32,000 nucleotides of DNA. Origin: Candidatus Diapherotrites archaeon CG08_land_8_20_14_0_20_30_16 (lineage in GTDB: Archaea; Iainarchaeota; Iainarchaeia; Iainarchaeales; 0-14-0-20-30-16). Under the pieces are notes generated by a model that saw only the letters and a program-made list of their open reading frames with translations, was not told the origin of the DNA and searched no databases. Each line of letters starts with the position of its first letter. The stretch's first letter is position 1. Both the position numbers and the translations under genes were made by a program. Location: NCBI GenBank assembly GCA_002779075.1, contig PEXK01000050.1, positions 35,784 to 67,783 on the forward strand, written 5' to 3'. Below are positions 1 to 6,601 of this stretch, in pieces.

Positions 1-62
1 ATAAATAATACATTAGCCTTTTATATATATTATCTCTATTAATATTACTATTAAACCAACAT

Positions 63-123
63 ACAAAAGGGTCCTGTCTAGTGTTTAAATCCTAGCAGAA
101 TATAAAATTTTGCTGTCTAGTGT
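63..123 (+). repeat. Two tandem copies (63-84 and 102-123) of a 22-nt module A[CT]AAAA-N5-CTGTCTAGTGT, 39 nt apart, directly upstream of priS
   Basis: The exact 11-mer CTGTCTAGTGT occurs at 74-84 and 113-123. Each copy is preceded at the same spacing by ACAAAA or ATAAAA. Read directly from the sequence. Confidence 0.8.
101..108 (+). promoter_or_regulatory. TATA-box-like element (TATAAAAT) of the priS promoter; the geometry suggests a leaderless mRNA
   Basis: An A/T octamer is centred about 25 nt upstream of the GTG at 130. That is the usual archaeal distance from TATA box to transcription start. Confidence 0.45.
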
Positions 124-129
124 GCAGAT

Positions 130-1365
130 GTGATAAAGATGATAATAAAAGCAGAGCAGTTCTTGAAATCAAGAATCAAAGAGTATTATGAAAAGAACTT
201 TATCTCTGTCCCAAATATTGAGAAAAGAGAATTTGGATACGGAATTTATAACAAAAAAATTTTAGACAGAAACATAGCATTCAAAAATGATTATGAATTA
301 AACACCTTCTTAAGAGAGAGGGTGCCGTTTTATTTGTCTTATTCTGTAGCTTACTATGAATTACCAGATGCAAAACCAACAAGTGCAAAAAAATTGCTGA
401 AAAATGATTTCATCTTTGAATATGATGCAGATGATATCCCCACACCTTGCAAAAAAACACATGATTCGTGGATCTGTCCAAAATGTAAAGAAGAAGGAAA
501 AGGACACACACAAAAATGTCCTAAATGCAATTCGCGCACAGAAATTAGTGAATGGATTTGTGATAAATGTTTAGACGCAACAAAAAAGCAAACAAAAAGA
601 TTATATAACATATTAACATATGAATTGGGATTTTCAGAACAAGAAATAAAAATAACTTTTTCAGGGCACAAAGGATTTCATACAAAAATAATAAGTCCTA
701 AAATAGAAAATATAAAACAAAATGAAAGAATAGAATTAATGGATTATATTACAGAAGAGGGCCTCAACTTCAAAGAACTTGGATTTGTACCTGATGAAAA
801 AGGCTCAATTAAATTTCTCGGGGAGAAACTGGGCAAGAGTCAAAAATATCTCAATTTTATAAAAACTGTTTTAGAAAGTAATGATGCAACAGAATTACTA
901 AAATATTTTGATCCAAACACATCAACACAAACTCTCAACAAATTAGTTAATAACAAAAAAGAAGCATTAGAATCATTGGAAAAGGGCAAATTCTATAGGC
1001 CCAGAAAAGAGTCTGTTGATTTGTGGTACAATTTATTGGAAAATTTAAAAGAAAGCCAAAAATTGTATGTAGATAGGCAAACAACAATAGATATGTACAA
1101 AATTATAAGAGTACCAAATACTATTCATGGCGGAGCAATGTTGCTTTCAAAAGAGGTAAAGATCGACAAAATATCTGATTTCAATCCTTTCGAAGAGGCT
1201 TCCATATATAAGGACGGCACCCTAAAGATTCATTTAAAAAAGGTTCCAAGATTATTATTAAATAGGGAAATATTTGGGCCTTACGAAAACGAAATCGTCG
1301 AATTGCCAAATAATATAGCAACATATTTTCTTGCAAAAGGTGTAGCAGATGAAGCAATCTTATGA
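130..1365 (+). CDS. priS: DNA primase small (catalytic) subunit PriS
   Basis: 411-aa ORF with archaeo-eukaryotic primase motifs: REFGY...DRN, acidic motif FIFEYDADDIP (aligns to FDIDAKDLP of Pyrococcus p41), SGHKGFH and IRVPNTIHG. It has a Cys-rich zinc module (C..H..CPKC plus extra CPKC/CDKC). A GINS-like gene overlaps its 3' end, as in other archaea. The start is GTG at 130 or ATG at 139. Confidence 0.9.
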   Translation: MIKMIIKAEQFLKSRIKEYYEKNFISVPNIEKREFGYGIYNKKILDRNIAFKNDYELNTFLRERVPFYLSYSVAYYELPDAKPTSAKKLLKNDFIFEYDADDIPTPCKKTHDSWICPKCKEEGKGHTQKCPKCNSRTEISEWICDKCLDATKKQTKRLYNILTYELGFSEQEIKITFSGHKGFHTKIISPKIENIKQNERIELMDYITEEGLNFKELGFVPDEKGSIKFLGEKLGKSQKYLNFIKTVLESNDATELLKYFDPNTSTQTLNKLVNNKKEALESLEKGKFYRPRKESVDLWYNLLENLKESQKLYVDRQTTIDMYKIIRVPNTIHGGAMLLSKEVKIDKISDFNPFEEASIYKDGTLKIHLKKVPRLLLNREIFGPYENEIVELPNNIATYFLAKGVADEAIL

Positions 1366-1888
1366 CCAAATTAGAAAAATTCATAGAATGGAAAAGGAAA
1401 ATTCAGAATTAGTAAGAATTGATGAGGACTTTTTTGAATCTTTGCCAGAATTCATAGAAGAGGAAAAATCAAAACTGCAAGAAACAAAAAACACTCTTGA
1501 TGATAGTGTTATGAGAAAAATATTCAACATAAAAATAATGTTGGAAGATATAATTTATTTAAGAGAAAAAAAGATTATCAACAAAGCAATATTAAAAACC
1601 AAAAATAACGAAGAAGATATTAAAAACATGACCTTGGAAGAACAAAAAATGTATTACAAAATCGTTAATTTGCTTTTTGCATATCAAAAACTTGCAAAAG
1701 GACCATTTGAGGATCAAAAAGAAGAAAAAATAAAAACAATTAAAATAAAAATAGTCCAAGATGTGCCAAAATTTATTGGCACAGACATGCAAGAATATGG
1801 CCCTTTTGAAAAAGATTCAGAAATAGAAATTATTGAACCTATTGCAAAAATATTTCTTAAAAAAGGCATTGCCAAAGACAATCCTTAA
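1349..1888 (+). CDS. GINS complex subunit, Gins51/Gins15-like
   Basis: 179-aa ORF overlapping the priS stop by 17 nt. The N-terminal helical region (YDQIRKIHRMEKENSELVRIDEDFFESLPEFIEE) and the C-terminal B-domain-like segment (IKIVQDVPKFIGTDMQEYGPFEKDSEIEIIEPIAKIFLKKGIA) match the archaeal Gins51 pattern. priS-gins linkage is a known archaeal synteny. Confidence 0.6.
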   Translation: MKQSYDQIRKIHRMEKENSELVRIDEDFFESLPEFIEEEKSKLQETKNTLDDSVMRKIFNIKIMLEDIIYLREKKIINKAILKTKNNEEDIKNMTLEEQKMYYKIVNLLFAYQKLAKGPFEDQKEEKIKTIKIKIVQDVPKFIGTDMQEYGPFEKDSEIEIIEPIAKIFLKKGIAKDNP

Positions 1889-1900
1889 AAAAGATATAAG

Positions 1901-1917
1901 AAATCCATCGGATTTTT
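1901..1917 (+). terminator. Weak hairpin (AAATCC-atc-GGATTT) running into a T5 tract after the GINS gene
   Basis: A 6-bp inverted repeat plus an oligo-T run lies 13 nt after the stop codon. Oligo-T tracts act as archaeal terminators. Confidence 0.3.
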
Positions 1918-2039
1918 AAATTAATTACGATTAATTTTGATTTTAGTATAATTATAAAGTGATAATATGTCCCAGTTGTTAGTTTCTTTCAAGGTGATAG
2001 AAATTAGACAACAGTTTCATAAAATAAAGATGTGATTTT

Positions 2040-2807
2040 ATGTCAGCATTACCTGAAAGAGATGAATTTGTAGTTTGCACTGTTGAAAAAATTTTTGACT
2101 ATGGTGTTGAAGTTAGATTAGAAGAATACACAGATCAAAAAGGATTTATTCCCTTGTCACAAATTGCTGCCAGATGGGTTAAAAACATAAGAAATTTTGT
2201 AAAAATGGGACAAATAAGAGTTGCAAAAGTAATTTATATAAATCGCGAAAAAAATCAAATTAATTTGTCTTTTGCAATGGTCCAAAAGCAAACAGAAGAA
2301 TCAAAATTATCTGAATGGCGACAAACAAAAAGAGTTCAACAATTATTAGGAGTAGTTGCACAAGAATTAAACAAAAATCTTGATGATGTTTGGGATAAAA
2401 TCACAGGACCAATATTAAACAAATATGATTCAGTTTACGAAGCATTCCAAGAAATCAAAAGATATGGAAAGGATTTTATTCCTGAAATTCCAAAAGAATA
2501 TCAGGACGCATTATTTAAAGTAATTGATAAAAATATTACATTAAGCGATAAAATAATCTCAGAAAAAATAAAAATAGAGGTTTTAAAAGAAAACGGCCTT
2601 GCTTTAATAAAAGATGGCTTCAAAAAAGTGTGCAAAGAAAAAGAAATATCTGCAAATGTTACATATATTGGGAATGGCACATATTTTGTTAAGGCACAAG
2701 CAAGAGATTACAAAATGATAGAAAAATATTTGGCAAAGGTTAATGATATTTTAACAAACCATTTTTCAAAAATAGGAACAATAGAAATAAAGAGAGATGA
2801 AAAGTGA
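2040..2807 (+). CDS. eif2a: Translation initiation factor aIF2 alpha subunit
   Basis: 255 aa. The N-terminal S1/OB domain reads PERDEFVVCTVEKIFDYGVEVRLEEYTDQKGFIPLSQIAARWVKNIRNFVKMGQ. Length and helical/alpha-beta C-terminal layout are typical of aIF2 alpha. Confidence 0.9.
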   Translation: MSALPERDEFVVCTVEKIFDYGVEVRLEEYTDQKGFIPLSQIAARWVKNIRNFVKMGQIRVAKVIYINREKNQINLSFAMVQKQTEESKLSEWRQTKRVQQLLGVVAQELNKNLDDVWDKITGPILNKYDSVYEAFQEIKRYGKDFIPEIPKEYQDALFKVIDKNITLSDKIISEKIKIEVLKENGLALIKDGFKKVCKEKEISANVTYIGNGTYFVKAQARDYKMIEKYLAKVNDILTNHFSKIGTIEIKRDEK

Positions 2808-3582
2808 TTTAATGGAAATAATACTTGAGAAAGTGAATTTAAACAAACCAATTGTGTTTATTGGCTTGCCAGGCATAGGCTTAGTTGGAAAAATTGCAAT
2901 AGATACAATTGTGAAAAAAACAAAAGCAAAAAAAATAGGAGCAATAAAAGGGAGTTTTTTTCCGCCTGTTGTTTTTGTTGAAGACTCTGGAAGAGTTAGA
3001 GAATCAAGTGATCAGGTATATCATTGCAAAATAAAGAATCAGGATTTTTTATTTATAGTGGGTGATTTTCAACCTAATCTAAACTCTATTGAATCATTTC
3101 CATCACACTATTTATTTGCAAAAGGACTCAGTCAATTTCTGAAAAAAATAGACGCCAAAGAGATTTATTCATTTGCAGGAATAAATGTAGGCGATGCAAG
3201 AATTACAAAAATTCCAGAATTATATTTTGCAGTAAATAAATTTGCAAAATCTGATAAACTAAAAACAAAATTAAAACCTGTTGCAAAGAACACAACTATT
3301 TCAGGCATTGCTGGACTAATTCTTAGTGAATCCGAAAAATTTGATTTGGCTGGCACTTGCATATTGAGCGAAACATCAGCAAAGATTTATGGTGATTTTG
3401 AATCTGCAAAAGCCCTGCTATTATTTGTACAGGATTTTTTTGAAATAAAAATTGATATGAAAGAAGTTGAAGAAGAAGCAAAAAAGATTTCTCAAGCATT
3501 CAAACAAGTAATAAAAGAATTAAAGAAAATCACTGATTCAGCAACACAAGAGCCTCAAACCAAACCAACATATGTTAGATAA
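2797..3582 (+). CDS. PAC2-family proteasome assembly chaperone (PbaA/PbaB-like)
   Basis: 261 aa with N-terminal PIVFIGLPGIGLVGKIAIDTIV, typical of the PAC2/COG1938 family. The C-terminus ...PTYVR resembles a proteasome-docking HbYX tail but is offset from it by one residue. It overlaps the aIF2 alpha stop by 11 nt. Confidence 0.7.
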   Translation: MKSDLMEIILEKVNLNKPIVFIGLPGIGLVGKIAIDTIVKKTKAKKIGAIKGSFFPPVVFVEDSGRVRESSDQVYHCKIKNQDFLFIVGDFQPNLNSIESFPSHYLFAKGLSQFLKKIDAKEIYSFAGINVGDARITKIPELYFAVNKFAKSDKLKTKLKPVAKNTTISGIAGLILSESEKFDLAGTCILSETSAKIYGDFESAKALLLFVQDFFEIKIDMKEVEEEAKKISQAFKQVIKELKKITDSATQEPQTKPTYVR

Positions 3583-3583
3583 T

Positions 3584-4222
3584 TTAAGATCTTCTATAAA
3601 CATCCTGTGGCCTTCTAGGTGGTACTCTTCTTATTACTCTTTTTGGTTGTGCTAATCTAACTCGTGCATCTCTCATTGCTGGTGCTAAAGGCATCAAATC
3701 TTTATCTTTAACCATTCTTAGCTGTCTATCAACAGAAATCCCAGAAAATGCACCTCTTGCTACTGCTTCTTCTCTTTTTAACAAATCTCCTAAGCTACTA
3801 AAGTATTTCTGTCTAACATAATAATGTTCCAAGCCTTCTGATGCCAAAAATTTGATTTCTTTAGGCATTCCAGGATTATCTAAAACAGATTTCAAAACGT
3901 TCTCGCCATTGCCTAAGAAGCCAAAAGACTCTATAACATACCTTCTAACAAATTGGTCACGCGACCTTAAATATTTTGCTAGATTCAACCAGGCCTGACC
4001 CAAATCTTTGCCTGCTTTTGCATATTCCAAAAAAAACACACTAATATTCCGCCTAACCCCCTCAGAGTCATCTCCTAAACGGTTTGCAATGACAGCTAAG
4101 GCATTAGATGTCAAGTTACTCGGGCTTCTTTTAAACTCTCTTAACAAGAATCTGGAAGCTGGTTCTCTAACTTCTTCATCACTAGAATTCAAAGCTAACA
4201 AGAACTGGTTCAAATTAGTCAT
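3584..4222 (-). CDS. HEAT/PBS-lyase-like repeat protein with an Arg/Pro-rich C-terminal tail (function unknown)
   Basis: 212 aa. Repeated helical units each carry a D/E..VR signature (SSDEEVREPASRFLL; GDDSEGVRRNISVFFL; SRDQFVRRYVIESFGFLG). There are 26 Arg versus 12 Lys. G+C is raised (23-26 per 60-nt line). The tail reads ...RVIRRVPPRRPQDVYRRS. Confidence 0.65.
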   Translation of the reverse strand: MTNLNQFLLALNSSDEEVREPASRFLLREFKRSPSNLTSNALAVIANRLGDDSEGVRRNISVFFLEYAKAGKDLGQAWLNLAKYLRSRDQFVRRYVIESFGFLGNGENVLKSVLDNPGMPKEIKFLASEGLEHYYVRQKYFSSLGDLLKREEAVARGAFSGISVDRQLRMVKDKDLMPLAPAMRDARVRLAQPKRVIRRVPPRRPQDVYRRS

Positions 4223-4244
4223 AATTATATATAACCCAAAGCAA

Positions 4245-4250
4245 TTTAAA
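4245..4250. promoter_or_regulatory. Single palindromic TATA-like hexamer TTTAAA shared by the divergent HEAT-like gene and rad50
   Basis: The intergenic gap is 50 bp (4223-4272). The hexamer centre (4247.5) is 25.5 nt from both the ATG at 4222 (minus strand) and the ATG at 4273 (plus strand). A-rich BRE-like flanks lie on both sides (CCAAAGCAA / rc GCAAAAAGG). Confidence 0.45.
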
Positions 4251-4272
4251 GCCTTTTTGCCTAAAGTATAAT

Positions 4273-6567
4273 ATGCTTAAGAGCTTAATTCTTAACAATT
4301 GGAAAAGCCACAAAAACACAGAAATAAACTTCTCTCAAGGTTACAATGTTCTTGTTGGTAATATAGGCACAGGAAAATCAAGCATATTCGATGGTATTGT
4401 TTTTGCTCTTTTTGGCACAACCCCAAACATAACCTCTAAAAAAGTTCCTTTAAAGGATCTAATTATGTCTAAACCAGTTGAAGAAAAAGAATCAACAATA
4501 ACACTTGATTTATCAATAGGTAATGATAATTATAAAATAGAAAGAACACTTTACAGAACAAAAACTTCGCAGGCAAAAATATACAAAAACGATGCATTGT
4601 TAAGAGGCCCAAAACCATCTGATGTAACAGAAGAAGTAGAAAAGCTGCTCAATATTAATTTGGATACGTTTATGAAAGCTAATTACGCAGAACAAAACTC
4701 AATTGATTATTTTTTAAAACTGCCTGCAAATGAAAGAAAGGTCCTTTTTGATAATTTATTTGATATTAGTTTTTATGATAATATCTCTGTTAATGCACGA
4801 CAAGTCAACAATAAATTAAAAACAAAAAATGAAGATTTACAACAAAAAACAAATGAATATAAAAGACTATTAGAAAATTACAACAAAGAAAAAACAGAAC
4901 ACAAACTTAAAAGTATACAAAAAGACATCTCTGCAATAAGAGAACAGCTACAACAGTTTGAAAAATTAAGGGGGCTACAAAAAGAAAAAGAATCAGAAAT
5001 ATCAAAACAAAAACAAGATTTTGAAACAACAACTAATCTCTTAAATAATTTAATAGGCAAAGAAAAATATTTAGAAACAGAAATAATAAAATTGAAAGAG
5101 GTCTTAACTTGTAATATTGAAAAATTAGAACAGCAAATGATTACACTTAAAGAAGACAAACAAAAAATAACAAATAAAAAACAAAAAGAAGAACAAGAAT
5201 ATAACAACATAAGAAGTAAAACACTATTCTACAATAACAAATTAACAGATCTTAACACCAAACAAGCTGATTTTATCAAAATAGAGGCACAACTAAAAGA
5301 GATTCCTAAAGAAATTAATGATTTAGTAAATAAATTAGTACAGGAAATTGAAAAAAGCAGAGAAAATATCACTCAAAATGAAACAAAGATAAACACTACT
5401 GAATTAGATATCAAAACATTAGAAAAAAGTATAGCTAATTGCCCTTTATGCACTCAAGAATTGGCCCCAAAACATAAAGAAGATATTCTTATTAAAAAAG
5501 AACAAGAGAAAAAACAGCTTGAAGAACTAGCCCAGAAAGAGAGAAAAATATATGAACAATTAAAAAAAGATTATGATCAAAAAAACAAGCAGAGAGAATA
5601 TTATAACAGAAATATCGAGGTTTATGAAAAAATCAAATCTGAATTAGTAGAACTGGACAAATACAAAAAATTAATTATTGAAAACCAAGAATTAGAACTT
5701 GCACATAAAAAAAGATTGGAAACAACACAAAAGGATTTGGATAAGATAGAAACAGTCCAGAAAGATTTAGAAAATAAATTAAAACAGATTTTTGATTTTG
5801 AAAATAAACAAAAGGACCTACAGAAAATCAAAGAAGAGTTAAAAGCAGAAAAGGAAAAACTAGATCATATAAAATATAATCCTGAAGAATACACAAAAAT
5901 TAAAGAATTAACACAGAAACTAACAACAGAACACCAATATAAACAGGAAATAATATTAGAAAAGGAAAAACAACAAAAAGAAGAACAATTTAAATTAGCA
6001 CAGTATAATCAAATATTAGAAAATAAAGATAAAGCAGAAAAGGAATCCCAAACATTGGCTAGATATATTGATGATTTTACAATAATATCAAATGTATCAA
6101 AGAAAACACAAGAGCAAGTTAGACAATATGTTGTTGAAAGCATAAATATTATCTTTCAGGACCTGTGGCAACAAATCTACCCCTATAAAGATTTCCAAAA
6201 TATCAAATTCAATGTTAATGAAGGGGATTATAAAATCGAACTTTTCTTTAATAATGAGTACAAGAGAGAATTGGATGAGTTTATTTCTGGTGGGGAGAGA
6301 TCAGCAATTGCTTTGGCTTTGCGTATAGCAATGTGTTTGGTAATGAAAAATAAATTAAATCTAGTTATATTGGATGAACCAACACACAATTTAGACAAAA
6401 AAACAATTTTATCATTATCCAACCTGTTTAATAATTATTTACCACAGTTTGTTGACCAGATCTTTGTTATTACCCACGATTCAGATTTGGAACAGTATGC
6501 AAACAATGTTTATTACATTTCAAGAAACAAAGAAACAGATGGTGCTACTGAGATTAATGTTAAATAG
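4273..6567 (+). CDS. rad50: DNA double-strand-break repair ATPase Rad50
   Basis: 764 aa. N-terminal Walker A LVGNIGTGKSSIFDGIVFALFG, long Lys/Glu-rich coiled coil, mid-protein CxxC zinc hook (IANCPLCTQEL near residue 390), signature SGGERSAIALALRIA, Walker B/D-loop LVILDEPTHNLD and H-loop FVITHD. Confidence 0.85.
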   Translation: MLKSLILNNWKSHKNTEINFSQGYNVLVGNIGTGKSSIFDGIVFALFGTTPNITSKKVPLKDLIMSKPVEEKESTITLDLSIGNDNYKIERTLYRTKTSQAKIYKNDALLRGPKPSDVTEEVEKLLNINLDTFMKANYAEQNSIDYFLKLPANERKVLFDNLFDISFYDNISVNARQVNNKLKTKNEDLQQKTNEYKRLLENYNKEKTEHKLKSIQKDISAIREQLQQFEKLRGLQKEKESEISKQKQDFETTTNLLNNLIGKEKYLETEIIKLKEVLTCNIEKLEQQMITLKEDKQKITNKKQKEEQEYNNIRSKTLFYNNKLTDLNTKQADFIKIEAQLKEIPKEINDLVNKLVQEIEKSRENITQNETKINTTELDIKTLEKSIANCPLCTQELAPKHKEDILIKKEQEKKQLEELAQKERKIYEQLKKDYDQKNKQREYYNRNIEVYEKIKSELVELDKYKKLIIENQELELAHKKRLETTQKDLDKIETVQKDLENKLKQIFDFENKQKDLQKIKEELKAEKEKLDHIKYNPEEYTKIKELTQKLTTEHQYKQEIILEKEKQQKEEQFKLAQYNQILENKDKAEKESQTLARYIDDFTIISNVSKKTQEQVRQYVVESINIIFQDLWQQIYPYKDFQNIKFNVNEGDYKIELFFNNEYKRELDEFISGGERSAIALALRIAMCLVMKNKLNLVILDEPTHNLDKKTILSLSNLFNNYLPQFVDQIFVITHDSDLEQYANNVYYISRNKETDGATEINVK

Positions 6568-6601
6568 AAAAGAAATATAAATTATCGATAGTGATTATAA
6601 T

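Noticed and set aside
354-671. Antisense ORFs inside well-supported genes: 354-671, 1181-1384, 1592-1792, 3165-3362, 4878-5210, 5622-5831, 6228-6422, 6653-6937, 8120-8555, 8987-9325, 9521-9736, 12161-12346, 12762-13109, 13322-13633, 14492-14743, 15296-15556, 17561-17770, 18165-18353, 21799-22110, 25154-25339, 26211-26483, 26691-27113, 27427-27684, 28084-28278, 30517-30699, 31477-31674
   Set aside because: Each lies entirely within, or largely overlaps, a longer ORF with clear family motifs on the other strand or in another frame. Their translations are low-complexity (F/L/S/I/C-rich), as expected for shadow frames of AT-rich coding sequence.
1967-2035. 22-codon micro-ORF (MSQLLVSFKVIEIRQQFHKIKM) starting about 20 nt after a TATA-like TAGTATAATTATAAAG and ending 4 nt before the aIF2 alpha ATG
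   Set aside because: It is too short and has no supporting signal beyond promoter geometry. It may simply be the 5' UTR of eif2a.
4008-4271. 87-aa plus-strand ORF overlapping the 5' part of the HEAT-like gene and the rad50 promoter region
   Set aside because: It is antisense to a longer ORF with coherent repeat structure. It would have to be transcribed through the shared TATA region, and it has no recognisable motifs.
4273-6567. Possibility that the SMC-like ATPase is a defence-system component (Lamassu LmuB / Wadjet JetC / Gabija-type ABC ATPase) rather than Rad50
   Set aside because: The N- and C-terminal ATPase motifs and the central CxxC zinc hook match Rad50 closely. No cognate defence partners (kleisin/KITE, Toprim, Cap4-type nuclease) are present.
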